Of a stretch of 64,000 bases of DNA, positions 37,321 to 47,171 are shown in pieces. A program made the translations under genes and the position numbers. Origin of the DNA: Candidatus Latescibacterota bacterium. GTDB lineage: Bacteria > Latescibacterota > UBA2968. Each line of letters starts with the position of its first letter. Position 1 is the first letter of the stretch. The notes beneath the pieces were generated by a model that searched no databases, was not told where the DNA came from, and saw nothing but the letters and a program-made list of their open reading frames with translations. Location of the stretch: the NCBI GenBank assembly GCA_965222605.1, contig OZ244960.1:4416001-4480000 (forward strand), given 5' to 3'.

Positions 37321-39833
37321 TAGGCTACAAACTGATTCAATGACACATAATCTTTGACATACTCGGGGACGAGTGCGCGATACTTCTCTGGCACGGCGCG
37401 GAAGTCGCGGATGGAGAAGACCGGGTTGGTGGCGAGTTCGGTGTATGCGCGGTTTTCGATGATGTGACGAGTCTGATCGCTGGTGAGGTACGCCTTGAAG
37501 TAGGTCTTGAGGGCGGGGATGGAATGGGCGTCTTCCGGTTTGTTATCGGCGACAAATTTGTTGAATTCCTCTTCCAATAATTCGTCCTTAGACTTGAAAT
37601 GCGGGATGAGGTCAAAGACTTTTTCCAATATCTCGCGCAGGGTCAGGCGACGATCTACGGCTGCTGCCTGGCGGAGTTTGTTGAGGGTGTAGTATTCTTC
37701 GGGCTTGTCAAAGACTTCGCTGTTCACATAGTCAATCACGCGATCCCACTGTCCGGCTTCAACAGCTTTTACAATAGTTTCATCTTCACGCACTGTGTCT
37801 GCGAATTTGTCGAAGAACATGCGGTCAATTTTCATGCCGTCGTAGCCGATGTGCTCTTCCGTGATTGTTGACAGAATATCCCTACCCAGATGCTCATACC
37901 CGTAGCGTGTCGTTGGCCCGGGATCGCCTTCGCCCTCATTTCTGTGCTTGTACGCAGGCAGTTCCAATATCTCGTCGTAGTTGAATTCGGTTTCGAAGTA
38001 TTCGCAGTTGCCGAAGAAATCAAAGAGTTTGAAGGCGGTTTTCTCAGGGTGCGCGATGCGGTCCTTGTGGCTGTCGTCTAAGAGCAGATCGCGGAAATCG
38101 TGCTTCCGCGTGCCGCGCCCTTTGATCTGGATAAAATCGGTGGGTGAGAAGATGGGGCGGAATAAGCCGAGGTTGAGGATGTCTGGACAGTCGTAGCCGG
38201 TGGTCATCATGCCGACGGTGACGCATACGCGGGCTTTACTCGTGCGGTATTGGGGCAGGAAGTTGGCGGTGCCGAGCAGGTTGTTATTGGCAAAGTTGAT
38301 GGTGAATTGTTGCGCTTCCGGTATGAATGATGTGACCTGTACGGCGAAGTCGGACTGGTATTTGCCGGGAAATATCTGATGAGCCATTTCGTTGAGTATG
38401 TTGGTCAAGTGGGCGGCGTGGTTCTGGCTGACGGCGAAGATAATGGATTTGCCAATTTCACCGCTGACGGGGTCGCGCAGGGCGTTTTTGAGAAAAGTCT
38501 CGCAGAAAAGCACGTTGGTGGCATCAGAAAAGAATCGCTTCTCGAACTCGCGCTGTTTGTAGGTTTCGTCGTGATCTTCGCCCTCGGCATCGGTGAACGA
38601 GACGACGAAGCCCTGCTCAGAGAGGAGTTGTGTTGTGACATCGGTGCGGGCATCAACAACGGTTGGGTTGATCAAGACGCGGTCTTTTACGCCGTCGAGC
38701 AGCGAATAGCGAAAGGTGGGGTGTCCGCTCTCGCATCCAAAGGTGCGGTAGGTATCGAGCAGCAGGCGTCGTTCAACCTCGCGCGGGTCGCGTACCGCTG
38801 GGTCAGATGTTTTGACGCCGCGCAGGTAGTCGCGGGGCGTTGCGGTCAGGCCGAGTTTGTACCCGACGAAATAGTCGAATACCGCACGGGCATTGCCGGA
38901 GATGGAGCGATGTGCCTCATCGGAGATTACGAAATCGAAATCCGTGGGCGAGAAGATTTTCTGGTACTTGTTGTCGAATAAGAAGGATTGGACCGTGCTG
39001 ACTACGATCTCGGCACGCCGCCAGTCGTCGCGGTTCTCTTTGTAAATGATTGTCTCAAAGTCGGCTGAGAGCAATTCTGTGAAGACCTTTTTGGCCTGGT
39101 CCTCCAATTCGAGGCGATCCACCAGGAAGAGCACGCGGCTGGCATTGCCAGAACGGAGGAATAGCTTGATGATGGCGGCAGCGGTGAGGGTTTTTCCCGT
39201 GCCAGTAGCCATTTCAAATAGGAAGCGATCCTTGCCGTCCTTCACAGCGCGTTGCAGGGCGTGGACAGCTTGTAATTGATATGAACGGAGGAAGCGCAGT
39301 TTGTTGGCATTGATGAAGCGGGGGCGTTCGGCTTCGTTCTTCCACGCGGCTTCTGACGCATAATTGGGTCGTTGGGTGAGGACGATGTAGTCGTCGCTGA
39401 CACGCTCATCCACCAGACGCTGCGGATTGGGGGCTGTCTTTTGGTAGCCAGCGACTGAATCTGGCGTTGGGAATGCGGTGATGATGTAGGGGTTGCCCCG
39501 CTCGAGGTCCCAGAAGTAGTGGAGATTTCCGTTGGAAAGGATAACGAAGCGGCAGTTCTGTGAGCGGGCATACTTTCGCGCCTGTTCCTTGCCCACCAGC
39601 GGTTGCTTTTCCTCTGCCTTGGCTTCCAGAACGATGAGCGGAAATCCCCTGTCATCCAGCAGTAGAAAGTCGATAAATCCTTTGCGGGTCTTCTCAAAGT
39701 TGTCGCCGAGGGTGTTAATCTCTACACCTGCTTCGAGACGAATATTGGCGGGTTTGTCTCCTTCGTCGAAAAAACGCCATCCCGCTGACTCGAGTAGTTT
39801 ATTGATCTTTAGCCGTGCAGTAGCTTCGTTCAT
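37320..39833 (-). CDS. hsdR: Type I restriction enzyme R subunit (EcoEI-like)
   Basis: Nuclease DFLL...VLEAK; helicase MATGTGKT, DEAH, GLTATP, MTTGYD, QIKGRGTR. Confidence 0.92.
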   Translation of the reverse strand: MNEATARLKINKLLESAGWRFFDEGDKPANIRLEAGVEINTLGDNFEKTRKGFIDFLLLDDRGFPLIVLEAKAEEKQPLVGKEQARKYARSQNCRFVILSNGNLHYFWDLERGNPYIITAFPTPDSVAGYQKTAPNPQRLVDERVSDDYIVLTQRPNYASEAAWKNEAERPRFINANKLRFLRSYQLQAVHALQRAVKDGKDRFLFEMATGTGKTLTAAAIIKLFLRSGNASRVLFLVDRLELEDQAKKVFTELLSADFETIIYKENRDDWRRAEIVVSTVQSFLFDNKYQKIFSPTDFDFVISDEAHRSISGNARAVFDYFVGYKLGLTATPRDYLRGVKTSDPAVRDPREVERRLLLDTYRTFGCESGHPTFRYSLLDGVKDRVLINPTVVDARTDVTTQLLSEQGFVVSFTDAEGEDHDETYKQREFEKRFFSDATNVLFCETFLKNALRDPVSGEIGKSIIFAVSQNHAAHLTNILNEMAHQIFPGKYQSDFAVQVTSFIPEAQQFTINFANNNLLGTANFLPQYRTSKARVCVTVGMMTTGYDCPDILNLGLFRPIFSPTDFIQIKGRGTRKHDFRDLLLDDSHKDRIAHPEKTAFKLFDFFGNCEYFETEFNYDEILELPAYKHRNEGEGDPGPTTRYGYEHLGRDILSTITEEHIGYDGMKIDRMFFDKFADTVREDETIVKAVEAGQWDRVIDYVNSEVFDKPEEYYTLNKLRQAAAVDRRLTLREILEKVFDLIPHFKSKDELLEEEFNKFVADNKPEDAHSIPALKTYFKAYLTSDQTRHIIENRAYTELATNPVFSIRDFRAVPEKYRALVPEYVKDYVSLNQFVA

Positions 39834-39854
39834 CCTGTTCTCTGTAGGAGTATA

Positions 39855-40736
39855 TTATCTATCACCCGATAACTTCACATAATCAATTTCCAGTGGTTGC
39901 TTGATCCGATTCGCAAGTTGCAGGAGATCTGGCCGGTCGGGTGGGACGTCTTTCTCCATCTTTCCGTCGGGATAGACTGTTACTGTGTCTATCCTTTTCA
40001 TGAATCCCTTCCTGGCTATAGCTCGATTGATCTGGAGGCCATCTTTTGAAATTGCCATGCGAGTCTGTAAAACGCGTCCCTCGCCGATAATGCGAAAAAG
40101 AAAACCCAGGATGCCGGATGTTGGGCGCCCTGTAAGCCCTTTGATCTCATCATAGATAACCCAATCCCCAAAATCTACCAATCGATAGGTCATCACCCGC
40201 TGATTGGTCACTTTCAATTTTGGCGTCGAAAGCGTATCCTGGTACGAATACCGATCCGGCTTGCCGGGCTGGTCCTTCCACCAAATTCTCACATTTACTG
40301 CCAGTTCTGGCGTTGGGGCTTTCTTTACCTCGCGGATGACCCGATCTACCCGATAATCTACTTCCGTAATCTGTTTGTATTGATAGGATAACTGCGCGTA
40401 CTGGGGCATCGCGTCTTCCGCGCGTGCGGTCACTTCCATAAATGCCTGAAACCAGTTCTCGTACCCGATAAATAGCGGTAACCCCTGCGGATCGCGCGCT
40501 CTTGCCTTTTGCGCGAGATAAAGTATCATATCCCCCTGAAATCGCGCGCCATTGGTCGTGGCTGTCGGGTCGTAATCACCACACTGCCGCATCGCCTCTA
40601 TTGTCTCTTCCCGACTCACGACCTGATACCCCGGACGCACTTCGTCTGCTTCGACACATGCTGGTCGATCCAGTAAGAAGAAAAAACAAAGGAGGGTTGC
40701 GATTCTCAACCCTCCTTTGTAGTGAAGGCGCGTCAT
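39855..40736 (-). CDS. Exported hypothetical protein
   Basis: Signal-peptide-like N-terminus; 293 aa ORF. Confidence 0.65.
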   Translation of the reverse strand: MTRLHYKGGLRIATLLCFFFLLDRPACVEADEVRPGYQVVSREETIEAMRQCGDYDPTATTNGARFQGDMILYLAQKARARDPQGLPLFIGYENWFQAFMEVTARAEDAMPQYAQLSYQYKQITEVDYRVDRVIREVKKAPTPELAVNVRIWWKDQPGKPDRYSYQDTLSTPKLKVTNQRVMTYRLVDFGDWVIYDEIKGLTGRPTSGILGFLFRIIGEGRVLQTRMAISKDGLQINRAIARKGFMKRIDTVTVYPDGKMEKDVPPDRPDLLQLANRIKQPLEIDYVKLSGDR

Positions 40737-40765
40737 ATTATTCCTTGATTCCTGTAATCCGCGAT

Positions 40766-41620
40766 CTAATTTTTCAATACAATGAGGACGCGCTGGCCGA
40801 CGAGCAGGGGGTCGGAAAAGGAGATGCTGAGGGTTTGGGCTTCTTTATCCTCGCTGAGTGCGTATTCTTTATCTTTGCCCAGTTTGCCATGGTCGTCGCA
40901 CACGGCGGCGAGTTCACCCTGTACGCTGAAGGCTTTGCCAATCTCAACTTTCATAACGTCGGTGTTGTCAACATCGGGGAAATTTATAATCTTGTAGTTT
41001 TTGCGAATCCTTCGCCATGTATGGAGATACCCCTGTTCTTTCAGTTTATCCTCGGTACCGACATAGACGAGGACTGAACTGATAATTTCCTTGGCATCCT
41101 GAAGGTCTTCTTTGGTGACCTGAAGGTCTTCTTTGGTGACCTGAAGATCTTGTTGCGTGACCTGAAGGTCTGCGCGCAATTTTTCGCTTTCCCGATGGGC
41201 TTTTTCGAGGGCTTCTGTTACGCGTTGAAGGCGATTGGTTTGTTCGAAGAGGCTGTTGCGAAGGCTGTCGCGGGCAGCCTGGACCATTGCGAGATCACCT
41301 TTCAGACTGGTGGTGAGACGGCGATATTCTTTCATCTCATTGGTAACGCGGTGGAGAGTGGTCAGCAAAACTTTATTCGATGTGCTGGTACTATCCATTT
41401 GCGTACGCACGGAATCAATGCGGACATTTAAGTTGTTGACCACCTGATTCAGAGAGTCTATCAGTGCTTCATCGTGTTTGGCTTCTTCTTCTATTTGCAT
41501 GACGTAGGGACTTTCTTTAATAATTTCCTCTTCGCTGGGCAAAAACGCGATGTACAAAAGAAGGGCTACTGCGATGGCGGCAATGCCAACCACCAGGATG
41601 ATTTGCTTGTTGTTCTGCAT
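40766..41620 (-). CDS. Membrane-anchored coiled-coil protein
   Basis: GGAGG RBS before MQNNKQ; one TM, long heptad region, small beta C-domain. Confidence 0.75.
   Translation of the reverse strand: MQNNKQIILVVGIAAIAVALLLYIAFLPSEEEIIKESPYVMQIEEEAKHDEALIDSLNQVVNNLNVRIDSVRTQMDSTSTSNKVLLTTLHRVTNEMKEYRRLTTSLKGDLAMVQAARDSLRNSLFEQTNRLQRVTEALEKAHRESEKLRADLQVTQQDLQVTKEDLQVTKEDLQDAKEIISSVLVYVGTEDKLKEQGYLHTWRRIRKNYKIINFPDVDNTDVMKVEIGKAFSVQGELAAVCDDHGKLGKDKEYALSEDKEAQTLSISFSDPLLVGQRVLIVLKN
41098..41170. repeat. In-frame 21-bp tandem repeat (DLQVTKE, ~3.5 copies)
   Basis: cctgaaggtcttctttggtga repeated. Confidence 0.85.
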
Positions 41621-41744
41621 GATTCCTCCAAAAGAGAGACGGTTGCAAGAAATGAGGACTGTAGGTGTTGGAGAGCAGGGGATTTTCTGTGGGGCTGCCC
41701 CGATCTGGATTAGTTGCATGGTGAAACTGCGTGATCCTCCCTTT

Positions 41745-43172
41745 TTATGGTGTTGTTATAGTTTCGCGGTCGGGGAACCCGCCGCCCAATGCGAGGTGAA
41801 GGTCAATGCGCGCCTGGAGTCGTTGTTGGCGCACAACGAGCAATTGGCTTTCGGCGATGTAAGCCGTGTTGCGCGTTTGAAGCACGGTCAACATGTCTAT
41901 AAGCCCTCTGTAATATCTATCTTCTGCCAATCTACGCGCTTCCCGCGCTTGTTCAGCGGCGGTTTCCAGAGCGGTCTGGCGTTTTGCCAGATGCGCTTCT
42001 GCAGAGAGGGCATTTTCAACTTCGCTATATGCTTGCAAAACGGTTTGGGCAAATATTGCGGCGGCTTCGTTTTTTCTGGCACTGGCCAGGTCGATATTGC
42101 CCTGTATGCGCCCGCCCTGGAAGAGGGGTTGTGTGAGGTTGCCGATCAGGCTCCACACGCTGAAGTCTCCGTTGAGCAGGCTGCCCAATGCGTCGCTGCT
42201 GGTTCCGCTCGAAGCGGTCAGGCTGATGCGCGGATAACGCAGGCGTTTGGCAGCTTTGTGATTGGCCTGAGACGCGGCAAATTGGCGTTCAACTGCAATG
42301 AGGTCGGGGCGTCGAGAAATGAGATCTGCCGGAAGGCCCGCGGGCACTGGATGTGGCACCTGGGGGAGGTCTCCGGCAATGGAGAATGTGCCTGAGGGAT
42401 AGCGACCGATGATTACTTCGAGCTGGCGAATAGCCATTTCATAGCGTTGTTCGCGCTGATGCAGGCGGTCTTGCGATAATGCGAGTTCGGATTGGCTTTG
42501 GCGCATGTCGAGTGAGGGCCGCACCCCCCGTTCGTAGCGCGTGCGTACCTGTTTGTGGCTGGTGAGGCTGTTTTCGTATGTCGCCTGCGCGAGTTCGAGT
42601 TGTCGCCTGGCTTCGATGGTGGCAAACCAGGCTTTGGCGGTTTGTGCAGCCAGTGACATGCGCGCGCCTCGATATGTGGCCTGTGTTGCCTGATAGGTGG
42701 CCTGTGCAGCCGCAGCACTTGCGCCGAGCCGCCCCCAGAGGTCGATTTCCCACGCGGCATTGATGGAAACGCCGTAGGTGGTGCTGGTGTTTGAGAGCAC
42801 CTCACCATCCGCCTGACCGGGGATGGGAAATCCGATGAAGTTTTGTTTGCGTTTTAATCCCGATGATCCCGCGCTGATTTGCGGGTATAGTGGTGCGCCG
42901 GCCATTTTGGCCTGGGCGCGTGCGGCTTTGAGACGCGCTGCAGCAGCGTGCAAGTTGTGGTTGTACGCCAGTGCCTGCGCGATCAAGCTGTCGAGATGGC
43001 TATCGTTAAATGTCGCCCACCAGAGGGTGTCTGCGGGTGTTGTGGTGGCGGGCTTCGTCTGATAAGTTTGAGGTGGCGGAATGGGGGTTTGTTGGACGCG
43101 AGGCGCGGATGCACAAGAGGTTATAAGTGCAAAGCAGAGTGCAAAAAAGTGCCATGTCGCGTGGGTACTCAT
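41745..43172 (-). CDS. Outer-membrane efflux lipoprotein (NodT/OprM family)
   Basis: Lipobox ITSC, WW.TFND..L..LI..AL..N, WEIDLWGRL, RRPDL, PLFQGGR, LALGGG. Confidence 0.92.
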   Translation of the reverse strand: MSTHATWHFFALCFALITSCASAPRVQQTPIPPPQTYQTKPATTTPADTLWWATFNDSHLDSLIAQALAYNHNLHAAAARLKAARAQAKMAGAPLYPQISAGSSGLKRKQNFIGFPIPGQADGEVLSNTSTTYGVSINAAWEIDLWGRLGASAAAAQATYQATQATYRGARMSLAAQTAKAWFATIEARRQLELAQATYENSLTSHKQVRTRYERGVRPSLDMRQSQSELALSQDRLHQREQRYEMAIRQLEVIIGRYPSGTFSIAGDLPQVPHPVPAGLPADLISRRPDLIAVERQFAASQANHKAAKRLRYPRISLTASSGTSSDALGSLLNGDFSVWSLIGNLTQPLFQGGRIQGNIDLASARKNEAAAIFAQTVLQAYSEVENALSAEAHLAKRQTALETAAEQAREARRLAEDRYYRGLIDMLTVLQTRNTAYIAESQLLVVRQQRLQARIDLHLALGGGFPDRETITTP

Positions 43173-43282
43173 TCTCGATCTCCTGAAAGAAACGGACTGC
43201 TGATCGCTATTTGCCGACCGCGCTTATCATAAAGAAAGTTTTATTTTTGTCAATATATATCGCAATCGGAGAGGATTAGATC

Positions 43283-44230
43283 ATGGCGGCGCATTGTTTT
43301 GAGGGCAGACTCGAGAGCACGTCGGTTAATATAGGATTGACATTGGGATCGGGACAAGTGTTTCGGTGGGGGCGAGATGTCGATGGGTGGTGGAAGGGTA
43401 TTGCTTATGGCGTGGTTGTGCATTTGAAGCAAAAGGGAGACCAGATCGCGTATCGCGCATCATCTGAGCGGGTGGCTACGTACTGTGGCGAGATGGCGAT
43501 TGATGATTTTTTAAGGTGGTATTTAAGGCTGGATCACATGCCCCAGATCAGAGTGCCGCGTGGGGATACCTATTTGCGAAGAGCGCGGGATTTGTTGAAG
43601 GGGCTGCAATTTGTCCGCCAGGATCCTTTCGAGTGTATTATTTCTTATGTTCTCTCGGTTCAAGCACATATGTCGTTGACCAAAAAGCGGATCGGATTTA
43701 TTGCGCGAACCCTGGGCGAGAGACGGATTTTTGAGGGCGAGACGTACTGGACATTTCCAGAACCCGATGCCCTATCTGAGTTGGACGGCGGTTTTTACAG
43801 GCGCCACCGTTTTGGCTGGCGTTCGGAGCGGGTGGCCGAAACTGCGCGTTTTATCGCCGAGGCGGTGCGCGATGGGGCAGATCTGGACACATGGCGGTGT
43901 GTTTCTGATGATTTGCACGCGCTGTCCGGCAGTGGGGTTGGTATTAAGGTGGCGCGGTGTATCGATCTGTTCGCGCTGGATCGGCTCTATGCGGTTCCCG
44001 TTGATACCTGGGTGCGAAAATTTGCCCAAGAATGGTATGGTGTAACGGGTTCAGATGCGAAGATATGCCGGTGGGGCGAGGCGCGATGGGGCAAGTGGGC
44101 GGGCTATTGCAACGAGTATTTGTTCGCGTATTATCGCGAGTTGTATGGCCCAACGCTGTACGATCGGGTGCTTTCTTTTGATGCATCAGATGAAGCGTCA
44201 GCGGTGATGCCGTTTGAAGATACGGGATGA
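43283..44230 (+). CDS. 8-oxoguanine DNA glycosylase-like (HhH-GPD)
   Basis: TLGSGQVFRW, RQDPFECIIS, GVGIKVARCI.LF.L....AVPVDTWV. Confidence 0.85.
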   Translation: MAAHCFEGRLESTSVNIGLTLGSGQVFRWGRDVDGWWKGIAYGVVVHLKQKGDQIAYRASSERVATYCGEMAIDDFLRWYLRLDHMPQIRVPRGDTYLRRARDLLKGLQFVRQDPFECIISYVLSVQAHMSLTKKRIGFIARTLGERRIFEGETYWTFPEPDALSELDGGFYRRHRFGWRSERVAETARFIAEAVRDGADLDTWRCVSDDLHALSGSGVGIKVARCIDLFALDRLYAVPVDTWVRKFAQEWYGVTGSDAKICRWGEARWGKWAGYCNEYLFAYYRELYGPTLYDRVLSFDASDEASAVMPFEDTG

Positions 44231-44236
44231 TTGTTT

Positions 44237-45508
44237 TTACTCCCTCGCGTATTTGGGGTTGCCAAAGCCGTCGTTGACGATGTGGGAACGGGCGGGGATT
44301 TCGGATTTGTCGGGAATGATGAGATCCAGTTCGGTGCTGTTTTCAACGACCGTGCCGTCGCCTACGCGTACGTGATCCCCAAGGATGATTTTTCCCGGAT
44401 TTCGGGAACCAGAACGCACGGTGCCGAGCACGACTGATGACGCGATTTGACAGCCGGTGCCCGTTTCGACAAAACCGTAGATGTCTGTGCCACTGCCGAT
44501 CGTGGAGCGATCGCCTATGACGACGGGGCCGAGCAGGATGGCGTCTGTGCCGATTTTTACAAAATTGCCGATCGTGGGATGTCTTTGTCGCGCTCTTCCT
44601 GTCAATCCGCCGAGTGTGCAGGGATAGATGATGCACCCGTAGCCTATGACACCTGTTTGACCCGTTGTGAGGCCGCGGTGCGGGTGTTCGAGAAAGTTGG
44701 CGTCTGCGATGATGGTTTCTGGATGAATATCTGCCTGATAATAGCGTCCGCCAAGTTCTGAAATGGCACGGGGCAGGAGGGGGATGGGCGTGCAGTCGAA
44801 ATTTTCAACCTCGCCGGTTTGCGTGAGGGCATTGGCGATGTCGTGATAAAACAAAACGCGCCATCCGGGATACGCACTGGCGACGAGTTGCATCTGATAT
44901 GCAAAGGCAGATTGCACGCCCTTTTCGGCCAGAAATACTTCGTAGAGATCAAAGGTGCGCGCTTCAATGGCTTTGTCAATGACGGGCGCAAATGCGAGGG
45001 CGGCGAGGTCGCTGTTATCCAGATTGTGTAATTTGCGTAAATACGCATCCCACACGGCGGGGTCTTTGAGCGATGCAAAGCGGTTCCAGAGTGCGCGGGT
45101 TTTGAGTTGGGGCAGCCGAGAGATGAGCGCGAAGGCCGATTGTAGTGCCACATCTTCTATCGGGCCGTTTTCGCCCTGCGCGGCTTGAAGTGATTGGTAG
45201 ATCATGGCGTAGAGCTGGTCGGCGATTTCTTCGATATTTTCAGTCAGGGTCGCCTGCGCGGCTTCAGACGCATTGTGGGAGCCGGGGGCGACGCATTCGA
45301 GCAGGTTGCCGAGGACGGTTTCGAGCAGATCGCGATTGACAAAACCGCGGCCTGAACGCTGTGAAAGAATCGCGCGATTGATGGGGTCGATGCGAAGAGC
45401 GGTCAGTTCCTCCTCTGTGTAAATCGGTCGAATTTGATCGACGACTTTTTTGAGGAGCGGGCGTTTGCGGTTTGCATACGCGGTGTCGAATAAGGTGGTG
45501 TTGTTCAA
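44237..45508 (-). CDS. Hexapeptide-repeat acyltransferase, serine acetyltransferase-like
   Basis: DIHPET.I, TLGG.......RHPTIG..V.IG..A.LLGPV.IGD. Confidence 0.75.
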   Translation of the reverse strand: MNNTTLFDTAYANRKRPLLKKVVDQIRPIYTEEELTALRIDPINRAILSQRSGRGFVNRDLLETVLGNLLECVAPGSHNASEAAQATLTENIEEIADQLYAMIYQSLQAAQGENGPIEDVALQSAFALISRLPQLKTRALWNRFASLKDPAVWDAYLRKLHNLDNSDLAALAFAPVIDKAIEARTFDLYEVFLAEKGVQSAFAYQMQLVASAYPGWRVLFYHDIANALTQTGEVENFDCTPIPLLPRAISELGGRYYQADIHPETIIADANFLEHPHRGLTTGQTGVIGYGCIIYPCTLGGLTGRARQRHPTIGNFVKIGTDAILLGPVVIGDRSTIGSGTDIYGFVETGTGCQIASSVVLGTVRSGSRNPGKIILGDHVRVGDGTVVENSTELDLIIPDKSEIPARSHIVNDGFGNPKYARE

Positions 45509-45535
45509 AGAAAATTCCTTTGTGATTCTGTTTGT

Positions 45536-46339
45536 TCAACTTCCGGTGGAGCGATAATGGCGCACACCGATTTTCCATATTTGGAGGGCGACTATGAGAA
45601 ATATAACGCAAATTAAGGGCGCGACCCACTGCAAAGCAATGGGAAATCCCATGGGGTCGCCGCGTTCGAGGATTGCCAGTGCTGGAAGATAATTTACACA
45701 CGCGAGGGGTACGATGTAAGTAAAAAATTTGCGAAAATAGGTGCGGTAGATGGGCAAGGGGTACTGTGCGGTCTCCACGCCGCCATAAGTCATGGTGTTC
45801 ATGAGTTCGAGCGATTCGGTGGTCCAAAACGCAATGGTGGCTTGAATGACCATGAGGCCGATGAAGAGGCAAGCCCCTCCAAATATGGCGATTAAGACGA
45901 GATAGACTTTTGGTGCGGACCATGCGATGTCGAGGGTATAACTTGCCCAGGAGAAGACTGCGAGGCCCTGAAGCAGACGGCCGACGCGGCGGAGAGTGAG
46001 TTCATGGCCTGCGAGTTGCAGGGCGGTGCTGCGGGGGCGAAGCAGGAGGCGGTCGAAGTCGCCGCTTTTGACCATGGTGCCGAATATGTCGAAGCCGCGC
46101 GAGGCAGCGTCGGCAAAAGCGAAGGAGATGTTGATGAGGCCGTAGAGAAAGGCTACTTCGGGGAGCGTCCAACCCTGAATGTGTTTGAATCGCGCAAAGA
46201 GGGAGGCGATGGCGAGAAATTCGATGCCGGTAACGAGAAAATGACCAAATGAGAGCATGATGAATGATGCGCGATATTGCATTTGGCTGCGAATAGATTG
46301 GCTGAGATAGTGCATGTAAAGGCGAAGCGCGTTGGTCAT
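45536..46339 (-). CDS. ABC-2 type transporter permease
   Basis: YRASF, GDFDRLLLRP, YPL.IY; 6 TM. Confidence 0.9.
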   Translation of the reverse strand: MTNALRLYMHYLSQSIRSQMQYRASFIMLSFGHFLVTGIEFLAIASLFARFKHIQGWTLPEVAFLYGLINISFAFADAASRGFDIFGTMVKSGDFDRLLLRPRSTALQLAGHELTLRRVGRLLQGLAVFSWASYTLDIAWSAPKVYLVLIAIFGGACLFIGLMVIQATIAFWTTESLELMNTMTYGGVETAQYPLPIYRTYFRKFFTYIVPLACVNYLPALAILERGDPMGFPIALQWVAPLICVIFLIVALQIWKIGVRHYRSTGS

Positions 46340-46343
46340 CGCA

Positions 46344-47171
46344 TTATCCTCCTTGCGCGACGAGGCGGTGAATGCCGCGTGTGAGGACGAGGTGTCCGAC
46401 GGTGATCAGCGCAATCAGATAGGCGATTTGAAACGGCAGATGATACCAGATTTGTTCTGGTGGGATGTGGCCCAGATAGAAGCGAAAGGGGATGTCCATG
46501 ATGTATCTGAATGGGAGGATGTTGATGGTTGCCTGTGCCCAGTCGGGAAAAAAGAGCAAGGGGATTGTGACGCCGCTCAAGAGCCAGGTCAGGGCGGTTA
46601 AGAGGTAGCCTATGCCTTCGCCAGATATGGTCCACAAGAGGGAGATGTTCAGGAGATTGGTAATGGCTGCGCTGATGAGGACGGCAAAGAGCATCGATAC
46701 GAGCCAGGCACATGTAGCCGAAATATTGGGGGGCATTTGAAGGTTAAAGAAAAGACTGGCTGTGATGAACATGGGGAGGGCGCGGAAGACGCCGGGCGCA
46801 GTGCGCTGCGCTATGGCGCGGCTGTACCAGAAGAAATACAGGTTGGCCGGGCGCACGAGTTCATATACGATATTGCCCGAACGCACCATGTCGCGCACGT
46901 CGGGATCGGCATGGATGATTATGAGAACGAGAAATGCCTGGCCGAGCCATATATAGGTGACGACTTCATCGACGGTCATGGGTTGGGGCGCTGTTGTCGA
47001 TCTGTAGAAGGCTTCAAAGATCATGACGCGGATGAGGCCCCAGAAGAGTTGGGTGCCGAATCCCGCGAATGCCGCGGCGCGGTATTGCAGGAGCGCGCGA
47101 AATCTGGCGGAGAGGACGGCTATGTACGATTTGATGGCAAATGATGATGTGCGCTTAGTGATTTTCGGCAT
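46344..47171 (-). CDS. ABC-2 type transporter permease
   Basis: LQYRAA, G.IVYELVRP, LSG..IPL.FFP.W; start uncertain. Confidence 0.88.
   Translation of the reverse strand: MPKITKRTSSFAIKSYIAVLSARFRALLQYRAAAFAGFGTQLFWGLIRVMIFEAFYRSTTAPQPMTVDEVVTYIWLGQAFLVLIIIHADPDVRDMVRSGNIVYELVRPANLYFFWYSRAIAQRTAPGVFRALPMFITASLFFNLQMPPNISATCAWLVSMLFAVLISAAITNLLNISLLWTISGEGIGYLLTALTWLLSGVTIPLLFFPDWAQATINILPFRYIMDIPFRFYLGHIPPEQIWYHLPFQIAYLIALITVGHLVLTRGIHRLVAQGG

Larger units (their letters stand above)
13105..39833. mobile_element. Defence island anchored on a type I RM locus; boundaries approximate, no integrase seen
   Basis: Dense cluster of RM, TA, HNH, ATPase and HEPN-like genes; AT-richer than the flanks; internally repeated gene fragments. 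Confidence 0.75.

Noticed and set aside
41550-42395. Long antisense ORFs (also 9370-10197, 52911-53714, 50622-51311)
   Set aside because: Shadow frames opposite well-supported genes, with no motifs.
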